In this document: in pieces, positions 30,634 to 39,770 of the stretch
How positions within the stretch are numbered: position 1 is the stretch's first letter
How the letters are laid out: each line of letters opens with the position of its first letter
Sequence record: SRR2962707_813
DNA length: 64,000 nucleotides
Reading direction: 5' to 3' (one strand)
Translations under genes and position numbers: made by a program
Notes under the pieces: model-generated
The model's database searches: none
Seen by the model: only the letters and a program-made list of their open reading frames with translations
Told to the model about the DNA's origin: nothing

Positions 30634-31230
30634 ATGAATCAGCAAATTACAAATGGATTATACGGTTTAGTCTTAATGGGTGGGAAGAGTACCCGAATGG
30701 GTTTTGATAAGTCGATGATTCCATATCACGGAAAGCCCCAGAGTCAACATTTGTTTGAATTGCTAACCGAAATGCTGGAAGAAACCTATTTATCTGTTCG
30801 TAGGGATCAGGAGATGGTTTTTACAGATAAAGTCATCATTGATGCTTTTGATGCAAAGGGACCATTAAACGGTTTGCTAAGTGCACATGAAGTATTTCCA
30901 GATAAAGCATGGCTCGTACTTGCAGTGGATATGCCATTCATTCGTCCCAGAACGATCACAAAGCTGATTGAACATCGGGATAAAGAGATGGTGACTGCTT
31001 ATGTTAACTCAGAAAACGGTTACCCGGAACCCCTTATGGCTATATGGGAGCCACACGCGCTTGAGATTCTTATGGACCATCATAAAAAAGGAAGAAATGT
31101 TTACCCTTCCGAATTCTTACAGCGAAACAATATACGCACCTTAGAACCGGGAGAAGATGCCGTACTCTTCAATGTGAATACCCCTTCGGATTTTGAGCGA
31201 GCTAAAAGGGTAATCAATCAATTAAGCTAA
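30634..31230 (+). CDS. mobA: Molybdenum cofactor guanylyltransferase
   Basis: LMGGKSTRMGFDK, GPLNG, LAVDMPF, NVNTP; lies in the fdh operon. Confidence 0.92.
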   Translation: MNQQITNGLYGLVLMGGKSTRMGFDKSMIPYHGKPQSQHLFELLTEMLEETYLSVRRDQEMVFTDKVIIDAFDAKGPLNGLLSAHEVFPDKAWLVLAVDMPFIRPRTITKLIEHRDKEMVTAYVNSENGYPEPLMAIWEPHALEILMDHHKKGRNVYPSEFLQRNNIRTLEPGEDAVLFNVNTPSDFERAKRVINQLS

Positions 31231-31237
31231 TCAATTT

Positions 31238-31264
31238 AAAAAAGGCATCCGTTAGGATGCCTTT
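31238..31264. terminator. Intrinsic terminator between convergent mobA and sqr
   Basis: AAAGGCATCC-gtta-GGATGCCTTT with an A-run on the left (U-tail for the minus strand). Confidence 0.85.
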
Positions 31265-31283
31265 AGCTAAAACCATTGGTCAG

Positions 31284-32513
31284 TTACGGAAGCCATGCCA
31301 GCCCCCGTTTGTTTTTCCAAATGAAATACTTCTCTAGTAGAATTTTTCCAAAATCGTTAAATATGTTAGGAAGCATAATGGCAAACTGTCTTGGTTTGAA
31401 TAAGTGGTTTGCAAACAGGTAAACCTCCTTATGACCTGCATCCATGATGCATAGTGCGGGTATTTTACCCCATTCTTTTTCGTATAGCTTGCTTTTTCCG
31501 TTGATTATTCTTGCAATATTTTTAGCCACAATCTTTCCGGTTACATCACTTGGAAAGCCCGTTTTTGGTACCCCAAAAGGGGTGCTTTTGATTTCAAACG
31601 GGGGTTTGACCTGCACAGCTAGACCGGCAGCAAACACATTGTCATATGTAATATGTTGGTAAGAAGGTTTGGTTTCCACAAAACCCTTTGCATCTACCAA
31701 TTTGGTGCTCGCTTTCATCACATCTGCACCCTCAAAAGGTGGCATTAACATGGCCATTTTATATGGTAGTTCCCTTCCGTCTTTTAGAATGATTTTGTCA
31801 GTTTCGATTTTTTCGATACTGGCATCAGTGATCCATTCAATGTTATACATTTTCATGAAGAGCTTAAGCATCTTCTCACCACCGGGCATGCCATCGATTC
31901 CAAAATTGCCAAGGTATGGTTCAGGTGTGATCCAGTAAAGCTTCACCTTATCACGTACCTTTCTTCTCCTTAGCTCCTTGTCCATATTGAACAAATACTC
32001 GTATGCAGCACCCATGCAGCTAGCCCCTTGAGTAGCTCCTACGATGACAGGACCTGGGTCTTTGACCAGTTCTTCAAATTTTTCCAGGGTTTTCATTGCT
32101 AGCTTAGGAATTACGATGTTGTTGATTTTGTGATCTTCAGGTTTCAGACCATCGACAATATTGAAATTCATTTTAACCCCTGTAGCAATAACCAGGTACT
32201 CGTAAATGATTTTTTCACCTCCTTCAATATAAACGGTGTTGGTATCAGGGTCAATCTGTTCGGCCATCTTTTGAATGAAATGAATTCCTTTCTTATTGAA
32301 AATTGGACGAAGATCGAACCGAATATCTTCTATTTTTCTACGTCCAAATGGTACCCATATTAGTGAAGGTACATACAGGAAGTCATGAGTAGGAGAGATG
32401 ACTGTGATCTGGTATTCACTTTTCCGTTTCAGTTTTTTTCGTAATTGCAATGCCGCTGTATACCCCGCGAAATTGCTGCCCAGTATGACGATATTTTTCA
32501 TGGCTTTAGACAT
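31284..32513 (-). CDS. sqr: Sulfide:quinone oxidoreductase-like flavoprotein
   Basis: Rossmann GSNFAG; PSLIWVPFG; GASCMGAAYE; VPKTGF; ALCIMDAG (two catalytic Cys positions). Confidence 0.85.
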   Translation of the reverse strand: MSKAMKNIVILGSNFAGYTAALQLRKKLKRKSEYQITVISPTHDFLYVPSLIWVPFGRRKIEDIRFDLRPIFNKKGIHFIQKMAEQIDPDTNTVYIEGGEKIIYEYLVIATGVKMNFNIVDGLKPEDHKINNIVIPKLAMKTLEKFEELVKDPGPVIVGATQGASCMGAAYEYLFNMDKELRRRKVRDKVKLYWITPEPYLGNFGIDGMPGGEKMLKLFMKMYNIEWITDASIEKIETDKIILKDGRELPYKMAMLMPPFEGADVMKASTKLVDAKGFVETKPSYQHITYDNVFAAGLAVQVKPPFEIKSTPFGVPKTGFPSDVTGKIVAKNIARIINGKSKLYEKEWGKIPALCIMDAGHKEVYLFANHLFKPRQFAIMLPNIFNDFGKILLEKYFIWKNKRGLAWLP

Positions 32514-32605
32514 TTGGTTTTAACTGATACTAAACTAGATGCAGACATGGTTAAAAGGCATGATGAACGTCATATGAATGATTGAATAATCTCAAAATCA
32601 GGTAG

Positions 32606-32627
32606 TTATGTAACAATTGTTACATAA
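32606..32627. promoter_or_regulatory. Perfect 22-bp palindrome, putative operator upstream of sqr
   Basis: TTATGTAACAATTGTTACATAA is its own reverse complement. Confidence 0.7.
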
Positions 32628-32650
32628 GAAGCAAACTCAATTAAAGAGTG

Positions 32651-33144
32651 TTAAGCAACCTTTACATGTTGACCCATGAGCTCTTCATACAGGTGGTGGA
32701 TGTCAAACAGTTGCTGGGCACCTAGTTTTTGTCCAGCTTGTGCCGAGAAGTAAAGGATAAGTGCAATCACCCCGAATACAGGTAATGCCCACAATATAGT
32801 AGCATCCATTCCTAGACTCCACCTGGTAAATCCCCACATGCCCAGAAAAAGTGAAAGTATGCCAAGTGCTACATAGCCAAAGAAGAAAATGGCCCAGACA
32901 GTGGGATTTGGACCATATAGTCCCCGAATAATCACTCTTCCTCTTGCTCAAATGTCAGGTGCAGCTGCGGAGACCAGAAGTGTTGGTCTTTTGGATGGAT
33001 TTTGATGTATAAGTGTCCGGGTAAGTAATTTGTAACAAAGGTTTCTGTTTTTTGCTGTACACCCTCTACAAGTTTCTTTTCTACCTCCTCTTTTTTACCG
33101 GGAGTCACGTGCTTAAACCGTGGACGTATCTTGAAGCTGGACAT
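32651..33144 (-). pseudogene. Frameshifted or split membrane-protein gene
   Basis: ORF 32932-33144 (..HFWSPQLHLTFEQEEE*) continues naturally into 32651-32935 (IIRGLYGPNPTVW..); one extra base near 32936 would fuse them. Confidence 0.7.
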
Positions 33145-33147
33145 GGT

Positions 33148-33324
33148 CTAAGCTAAAGAAATCTGATGCTGCAATTTCTCCACCTTCGATTGTTTTTCTG
33201 TAAGCTCTTTTCGTTGCTTATCTAAAGGGCCACCTTTCAAATCATCCAATTGGAGTGAAAGTTTATACATCATATCTTCCAGTGCTTCCAGAAGAATCGC
33301 TTTATTTTCAGCAGTTATTTTCAT
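33148..33324 (-). CDS. Small coiled-coil protein (58 aa), missing from the ORF track
   Basis: MKITAENKAILLEALEDMMYKLSLQLDDLKGGPLDKQRKELTEKQSKVEKLQHQISLA; stop lies 3 bp before the next ATG. Confidence 0.75.
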   Translation of the reverse strand: MKITAENKAILLEALEDMMYKLSLQLDDLKGGPLDKQRKELTEKQSKVEKLQHQISLA

Positions 33325-33462
33325 GATTATTCAGCTTTTGGAAAAAGTTAAAAATAAGTGATTGATAGTTCAATATGCTTTGTGTTCTTCTTTAAAAAAT
33401 AAAGGGATGCAACAGTGACTTTTATCATCCTGTTCGTCTTATTAATCAAACAATCGGGTACA

Positions 33463-33645
33463 ATGAAAAGAGTAGGTGATATAGAAAGGATGATTGAGAC
33501 ACTAAAGCGGAGAGAGACCAGAGCCATTGCAAAATTCAAGCCTATTTATCGAAAGAGAATTGAAGAACTGCAGCAGCTGAAAGCCCATCCTCATTTGCCT
33601 AAACCCGATAAGCTGGAGAAAAATGACTCTAAGCTATTGCTTTGA
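33463..33645 (+). CDS. Hypothetical small basic protein (60 aa)
   Basis: ATG 33463 MKRVGDIERMIETLKRRE..; divergent from the 33324 gene. Confidence 0.5.
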   Translation: MKRVGDIERMIETLKRRETRAIAKFKPIYRKRIEELQQLKAHPHLPKPDKLEKNDSKLLL

Positions 33646-33695
33646 CATGCTCTTGTCAATCCAATACTTTTATTTATTCCTAATTGGGAATTTGT

Positions 33696-35354
33696 ATGTC
33701 CACACCTTCTAATCAATCATGGGGCTCACGAATTGGACTAATCCTTGCAATGGCGGGAAACTCCGTTGGATTGGGAAACTTTCTGAGGTTTCCCGTTCAG
33801 GCTGTTGAAAACGGAGGAGGTGCCTTCATTATCCCTTATCTGGTTTGTTTCTTATTGATGGGTATTCCCCTCCTTTGGGTGGAATGGTCCATGGGTCGTA
33901 GAGGTGGAGCTGCCGGTTATCATGCAACGCCATTCATTCTGCAATCCATAGGGAAAAGAAAAGTCTGGGCATATATCGGTGTTTTTGGAATATTCACTAA
34001 TATCGGCGTAGCTGCATACTATTGCTACATCGAAAGCTGGACGCTTTCTTATTTTCTTCATTCTATCAATGGCACTTTTCAGTCCATGGATCAGCTTGCC
34101 ATTGTCCAATTCTTTCATCGATATATCAATTTTGAGACATCCTTTCTGGGTATCCCGTATGAAGCTGTTCTATTTTTCATCATATGCGTGTTTTTAAATA
34201 GCTTCATTTTGAGCAAGGGTTTGAAAGGGGTGGAGCTTGTAGCCAAGATCGGTATGCCATTACTTATCCTTTTTGGAGTTTTTCTAGCTGTCAAATCATT
34301 GTCACTTGGAACATCAGCGGCATCCGAGCAATTTCCCCAAGGCAATGCATGGGATGGGTTAAACTTTTTATGGACTCCAGAGTATGACTCTCTCTGGAAG
34401 CCCCGAGTGTGGCTTGCAGCCGCCGGACAGATATTTTTCACACTCTCAGTGGGAATGGGTACTATCCATTGCTACGCCTCATACCTAAAGTCGAGGGAAG
34501 ACATCACACTCAATTCCACTTCAGCAGGTTTTATGAATGAATTCGTGGAGGTGGTATTGGGTAGTTTAATTGTTGTGCCATTGGCTGCCGGATATCTCGG
34601 GCTGGATTGGGTGAAAGAAAATATAGGTTTTGGAGTGGCTTTTCAGACCATGCCTTTCCTTTTTGGTCAGTGGGGACCATTTCTATCTGTTTTAGCTGGA
34701 GTTATGTGGTTTGGTTTGCTTTTTTTCGCAGGGATTACATCATCTCTTGCGATGGGTACTCCTTGGATAGGATTCATGAGAGATGAATTCAAGTGGACAC
34801 AAACCAAGGGAGCCTATTCGTTTGGTTTGCTCACCCTGCTTCTGGGACTTCCATGCGTGCTCTTTTATCACCTGGGAGTGTTTGAAGAATTTGATTATTG
34901 GGCTGGAACGGTATCACTGGTCATTTTCGCCACTGCAGAAATCATTCTGTTCTCGTGGGTAATAGGTGTAAATGAGGGGTGGAAAGAAATCAATATTGGT
35001 GCTGAGCTTAAGTTGCCTGTATTTTTCAAATTTGTGCTCAAATACATTACTCCAATTTTTCTGATTGCAGTTTTCCTTGGTGCGTTAATTACGCCAGTGG
35101 ATAACAACTGGATTAATGCATTCAATAATTTATCAGATGGAAATGGATGGCAGTTGGATCACTCATCCATTATCAGCAAGATCATGCTGACTGATTTAAG
35201 GGAGCAGATCACCAACGTTACAGACGCAGCGATAGTGGCTGACCTAAAGAAGCAGTTTTATTTTGTGAGTGGTGCTCGAATTCTACTTACTTCATTATTC
35301 GTGGGCATTGCATACTTGGTGTTTAGAGCGAATAAAAAACATAAATCACAATGA
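33696..35354 (+). CDS. Sodium-dependent transporter, NSS/SNF family
   Basis: WGSRIGLILAMAGNSVGLGNFLRFP, NGGGAFIIPY, AAGQIFFTLSVG. Confidence 0.96.
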   Translation: MSTPSNQSWGSRIGLILAMAGNSVGLGNFLRFPVQAVENGGGAFIIPYLVCFLLMGIPLLWVEWSMGRRGGAAGYHATPFILQSIGKRKVWAYIGVFGIFTNIGVAAYYCYIESWTLSYFLHSINGTFQSMDQLAIVQFFHRYINFETSFLGIPYEAVLFFIICVFLNSFILSKGLKGVELVAKIGMPLLILFGVFLAVKSLSLGTSAASEQFPQGNAWDGLNFLWTPEYDSLWKPRVWLAAAGQIFFTLSVGMGTIHCYASYLKSREDITLNSTSAGFMNEFVEVVLGSLIVVPLAAGYLGLDWVKENIGFGVAFQTMPFLFGQWGPFLSVLAGVMWFGLLFFAGITSSLAMGTPWIGFMRDEFKWTQTKGAYSFGLLTLLLGLPCVLFYHLGVFEEFDYWAGTVSLVIFATAEIILFSWVIGVNEGWKEINIGAELKLPVFFKFVLKYITPIFLIAVFLGALITPVDNNWINAFNNLSDGNGWQLDHSSIISKIMLTDLREQITNVTDAAIVADLKKQFYFVSGARILLTSLFVGIAYLVFRANKKHKSQ

Positions 35355-35461
35355 CACAGGAGGCGCTTGTTTGGATGATTGTGGTTCAGGCTTTAGTGAC
35401 CATTTCCACCGCTTATCTTTTTTATAAAGTCCTAAAAAAGGATGATGATAAGTCGTCTTAA
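35351..35461 (+). CDS. Putative small single-TM subunit of the NSS transporter (MetS-like), 36 aa
   Basis: MTQEALVWMIVVQALVTISTAYLFYKVLKKDDDKSS; ATGA overlap with the transporter stop. Confidence 0.75.
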   Translation: MTQEALVWMIVVQALVTISTAYLFYKVLKKDDDKSS

Positions 35462-36213
35462 TCTGAAATTAGTCTGATTTTTTTTAATTGATCATGCCGC
35501 ATCCGATAGGCATTCATAGCTGTTTTTCCTAGTTTGTTTGTGAGTCTGTGATTGACCAAAGCTCCTGCGATCGCTCCTACACCAGGGATAAGCTGAAGAA
35601 GCTTGGCCAGGTCAATATAATCCCGGTATTCAAGCTGGAAAGTTCGCCAATCAAAGGCATGAAAATCGTCAGGAAGTTCATCTTTGGTAATGGTCCAATT
35701 TTCCATTTTTTCAAAAATCATGTTGCGGTGTTGCTGACTGGAAAAAGTCAGCTGAAAGATGTGGAGAATGTACACACGTTCTTTATAGTCTTTGGTATCA
35801 TAGCCATACCTGGAAGCTATCTCAAACAGCATTTTCATTTTTAATGTCAGCCACAATGGAAAATCTGCAAGACTGAGCAGAAATCCACCAAACCCTGTAG
35901 CAGCACCCTCCACTGCTGCTGAGGAGGAATAAAAGTTGATCCGTTCTTTCACCCTGGATTCAATTTCCTCCAATGAGGGGACATCTCTTCTTTTTCTGGT
36001 GGTGAATCCTGAACCAAAGATCACTGCTCGAGTAATTTCTTTTATCGCTCGTGTAATCGCCTGGTGTACCTTTTCCGGAATGATTTGATTGACTTTCTTC
36101 TGCACTTTTTTAGTTGTCCGGTTCCAGAAAGAAGGTTTTTTTCGCATGGCATGCTGCCAATTGTGTAGCTCAGTAGCCACAATTTGTTCATAGATGGAAT
36201 AGCGATCAGACAT
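35458..36213 (-). CDS. EcsC-family protein
   Basis: AAVEGAATGFGGFLLSLADFP, YGYD, KLLQLIPGVGA; start set at ATG 36213. Confidence 0.88.
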   Translation of the reverse strand: MSDRYSIYEQIVATELHNWQHAMRKKPSFWNRTTKKVQKKVNQIIPEKVHQAITRAIKEITRAVIFGSGFTTRKRRDVPSLEEIESRVKERINFYSSSAAVEGAATGFGGFLLSLADFPLWLTLKMKMLFEIASRYGYDTKDYKERVYILHIFQLTFSSQQHRNMIFEKMENWTITKDELPDDFHAFDWRTFQLEYRDYIDLAKLLQLIPGVGAIAGALVNHRLTNKLGKTAMNAYRMRHDQLKKIRLISD

Positions 36214-36300
36214 TAAAGTGAATATAAAACTTTTGATCCCACAATATAAGATGGTATTCGACAAACCAATTGAATCATATTTGCGTTTTCAAACCTGCGA

Positions 36301-37446
36301 ATGGCTAATCGATTATTTCACCTCAGATATATAGTCACTTTTACTTTTTGTATCGGATTGATGTTACCAATGCAGGCTCAGGAAGCTGGCTTAGTAAAAC
36401 GTGTCTGGAATTCGATCTTCAATGATACCACTTCTATAGAGCGACCCAAATTCATCGCCTATCCGACTATTGCTTATTCGCCGGAAACCGAGTGGGAAAT
36501 TGGGGTGAGTGCGGTGTATGTTTACTATGCCAATCAGGATATAAAAAATCGATTGAGTGAGATCACAGCATTTAGCTTTGTCACTCTGGAAAATCAGTAT
36601 GGTTTGTGGATGGATCATGCTCTATACAGTGATCAGAGTAAATGGTTTTTTCTTGGAAGGGTTAGACTTCAACAGTTTCCATTGCACTATTTCGGAGTGG
36701 GTCCTGATACGAATGGTCAAGAGCTTGCACGGATTGATGCCGGTAGCATAAATATACGAGAGCGGGTGCTCAGGAAGGTATCCAAGAGTCTGTATTTGGG
36801 ACTTGAGACTGACTTTCAAAGACTGTCTGATGTCAGCCTCATTTCACTTACATCTGAGCCATATGAAATGCCGAGAGGGTTACAAAAATTCAGTAACATA
36901 GGTTTAGGTTTGGGATTGGTTTATGATAATCGTCACAACGTACTCAATGTGAGAGACGGCTTCTTTGGTGAAACGGGTTTTCTACGTTACGACAATGCCT
37001 GGGGTAGTGATTTTGAGTTCACCTCATTCTTTTTTGATTCCAGATATTATCATTCGATGAATAAATCACAAGTGTTAGCTTCACAGATTTATTTTTCAGA
37101 AGTTCAGGGAATAGCCCCTTTCAATCAACTTTCGTTGATGGGAGGGGAGTCGCTTATGAGAGGATATTATCTTGGGAGATATAGAGACAACACATTGCTG
37201 GCAGCACAGACAGAATATCGGTTTCTACCGTTTCCGTTCAGTGAGCGATGGGGGGCCGCTGCATTTGTTGGAGTAGGAACAGTCAGTGATGGCATATCCG
37301 AACTTGATTTAAGTAAGCTGAAAGTGGCGGGAGGTACTGGTGTACGTTTTTTGATTTTTCGAAGTAAGGACATCTTCACCAGATTTGATGTGGCAGTTAC
37401 AGAGGATGGTTTAGGGTATTACTTCTTTATCGGGGAGGCGTTTTAG
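36301..37446 (+). CDS. BamA/TamA-like (Omp85 surface-antigen) beta-barrel protein
   Basis: YSPET, YDNRHN, MRGYYLGRYRD, C-terminal IGEAF. Confidence 0.88.
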   Translation: MANRLFHLRYIVTFTFCIGLMLPMQAQEAGLVKRVWNSIFNDTTSIERPKFIAYPTIAYSPETEWEIGVSAVYVYYANQDIKNRLSEITAFSFVTLENQYGLWMDHALYSDQSKWFFLGRVRLQQFPLHYFGVGPDTNGQELARIDAGSINIRERVLRKVSKSLYLGLETDFQRLSDVSLISLTSEPYEMPRGLQKFSNIGLGLGLVYDNRHNVLNVRDGFFGETGFLRYDNAWGSDFEFTSFFFDSRYYHSMNKSQVLASQIYFSEVQGIAPFNQLSLMGGESLMRGYYLGRYRDNTLLAAQTEYRFLPFPFSERWGAAAFVGVGTVSDGISELDLSKLKVAGGTGVRFLIFRSKDIFTRFDVAVTEDGLGYYFFIGEAF

Positions 37447-37480
37447 TATTTCGGAATATTTTTTTCAAACAGAATAAATG

Positions 37481-37500
37481 AGTGACATAGGGTTGTCACT
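37481..37500. promoter_or_regulatory. Palindromic operator upstream of the MATE operon
   Basis: AGTGACA-tagggt-TGTCACT. Confidence 0.6.
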
Positions 37501-37608
37501 TCGCTTTTTCTTTTTGCATATAAAAGAACGGTTTATTGACGGAAATAACCCTCTATTGTGCCGTTTTTACACCTTAGGAAATATCAAATTGTAACTCACC
37601 TTTGATGC

Positions 37609-39033
37609 ATGGAAAATGAAAATGTAATAGCAGAGGCACCCGCTCCTAAAAGATCCCTGTGGAGAGCCTTAAATGATGCTATCCGTGGCACGGATGCAGA
37701 CTACACAAAAATTGATCTCAAAAAGGCCATCTTCTTGTTGGCAGTTCCCATGATTTTGGAGCTTGTCATGGAATCCACTTTTGCCGTGGTGGACATCTAT
37801 TTCGTAGGGAAACTAGGTTCATCAGCTGTAGCAACGGTTGGATTGACAGAGACATATCTGTTTCTACTGTATTCCATAGCAATGGGTCTTGCCATGGCAG
37901 TCACTGCCATCATCGCTCGGCGGATCGGAGAGAAAAATAAAGATGAGGCTGGAAAATCAGCAGTACAGGCCATCTTTCTGTCCATACTGATTTCAATTCC
38001 ATTTGCGATTGCCGGTATCTTCTTCTCCAAAGAATTACTTGGACTAATGGGTGCCGATGATTGGGCTATTGAAAACGGATATGGCTACACCCAATGGATG
38101 TTAGGTGCTAATGGTATCATCATTTTGCTTTTTGTGATCAATGCCATTTTCAGAGGAGCGGGAGATGCTGCCATTGCCATGCGTGTACTTTGGATCGCTA
38201 ATGGCTTAAACATCATACTTGATCCATTATTCATTTTTGGTTGGGGACCAATACCAGCAATGGGCATAGAAGGAGCTGCAATTGCCACGACCACCGGAAG
38301 AGGTATCGCAGTGGGCATTCAACTCTGGACCCTATTCAAGGGAGGAAAACATATTCAGGTGTTAATGTCTCAGATTACATGGGATGCAAAAGTGATAATG
38401 AATATTATCAAGACATCCATAGGAGGGGTAGGTCAGATGATTGTGGCTATGACCTCCTGGATTTTCCTGATGAGAATACTTGCTGATGTAGGTAGTGAGG
38501 CGGTTGCCGGTGCTACAATAGCATTAAGGGTTATGCTGTTTACGCTTATGCCAGCGTGGGGTCTTTCTAATGCAGCAGCCACTTTGGTGGGGCAAAACCT
38601 GGGTGCAGGTAGCCCTCAACGTGCTGAGGCTTCTGTATGGAAGATCGGATTTTACAATATGATTTTTCTGGTAGGGGTTTCGTTTGCCTACTTTTTCTTC
38701 AACGAGCAGCTGATCGGTATTTTCACTGCTAACCAACGAGTGATTGAGATAGGTGGCGAGTGGTTGCAGATTTTATCTTATTCCTACTTTGTTTATGGTT
38801 GGTGGATGGTTTCCGTTCAGGCATTCAATGGTTCGGGTGATACCCAAACCCCGACGAAAATTAATCTGGTCTTTTTCTGGTTTATCCAGATTCCATTGGC
38901 TTACCTGTTAGCATTGGAATGGAACTGGGCACATTCCGGTGTATTTTGGGCCGTTTTTTTCTCAGAAACTGCAGTGGGGCTATTTACTCTTTGGTTATTC
39001 AAAAAAGGCAAGTGGAAAACAACGGAGGTTTGA
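37609..39033 (+). CDS. MATE family efflux transporter
   Basis: LAVPMILE, VDIYFVGKLG, FRGAGD, NIILDPLFIFG; about 12 TM. Confidence 0.95.
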   Translation: MENENVIAEAPAPKRSLWRALNDAIRGTDADYTKIDLKKAIFLLAVPMILELVMESTFAVVDIYFVGKLGSSAVATVGLTETYLFLLYSIAMGLAMAVTAIIARRIGEKNKDEAGKSAVQAIFLSILISIPFAIAGIFFSKELLGLMGADDWAIENGYGYTQWMLGANGIIILLFVINAIFRGAGDAAIAMRVLWIANGLNIILDPLFIFGWGPIPAMGIEGAAIATTTGRGIAVGIQLWTLFKGGKHIQVLMSQITWDAKVIMNIIKTSIGGVGQMIVAMTSWIFLMRILADVGSEAVAGATIALRVMLFTLMPAWGLSNAAATLVGQNLGAGSPQRAEASVWKIGFYNMIFLVGVSFAYFFFNEQLIGIFTANQRVIEIGGEWLQILSYSYFVYGWWMVSVQAFNGSGDTQTPTKINLVFFWFIQIPLAYLLALEWNWAHSGVFWAVFFSETAVGLFTLWLFKKGKWKTTEV

Positions 39034-39036
39034 TTT

Positions 39037-39420
39037 ATGAATATCCCAGAATACAATAGGAGCCAATCGGAGAACGACAGACAGATTTGTGAGCGTCTTA
39101 TGAGTCTAATCAATACATACCTTCCGGAGGCTGAAAGCAAGATATGGCACAGGCATCCTGTGTGGTTTCTCGATGGAAATCCAACTGTTGGATACAGCAA
39201 GTTGAAGGATTGCATTCGATTGATGTTTTGGAGTGGAATGGGATTTGATGAGTCGGAACTTCAGCCCGGAACCGGAAAATTTAAGGATGCTTCTATTCGC
39301 TATACTTCTGTTGATCAAATAAGTGAAGTTGACCTGAAAAGATGGCTGGAAAAGTCAAAAGAGATACAGTGGGACTATAAGAATATTGTCAAGAAAAAAG
39401 GTCGATTGGATCGACTTTAG
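39037..39420 (+). CDS. DUF1801-domain protein
   Basis: KIWHRHPVWFLDGNPTVGYS..LMFWSG. Confidence 0.85.
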   Translation: MNIPEYNRSQSENDRQICERLMSLINTYLPEAESKIWHRHPVWFLDGNPTVGYSKLKDCIRLMFWSGMGFDESELQPGTGKFKDASIRYTSVDQISEVDLKRWLEKSKEIQWDYKNIVKKKGRLDRL

Positions 39421-39432
39421 ATTGCGCAGCAA

Positions 39433-39753
39433 ATGGTTACAAATGAAAAATTCAGGAAATTAGCTTTATCCTTACCTGGAACAGAAGAAAATCCTCATTT
39501 TGATCGGCGAGCCTTTAAGGTGACGAAGAAGCGCATCTTTGCTACCATCCACGAAGCATCACAAACGGCCAACTTGAAATTGCCTCTTGTGGAGCAGTCG
39601 GTTTTCTGTGATTTTGGAGAAGGTGTTTATCAGGTTCCAAACAAATGGGGTTTGCAAGGATGGACCACATTTGAACTTACAGAGGTTCCTGAAGAACTGA
39701 TTCTGGATGCTTTAGAAATTGCTTACAATGATGTTCTTAAACCAAAGAAATAG
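39433..39753 (+). CDS. MmcQ/YjbR-family protein
   Basis: ALSLPGTEENPHFDRRAFKV..KWGLQGWT. Confidence 0.88.
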   Translation: MVTNEKFRKLALSLPGTEENPHFDRRAFKVTKKRIFATIHEASQTANLKLPLVEQSVFCDFGEGVYQVPNKWGLQGWTTFELTEVPEELILDALEIAYNDVLKPKK

Positions 39754-39770
39754 TCAGACCGAACTTCTGT

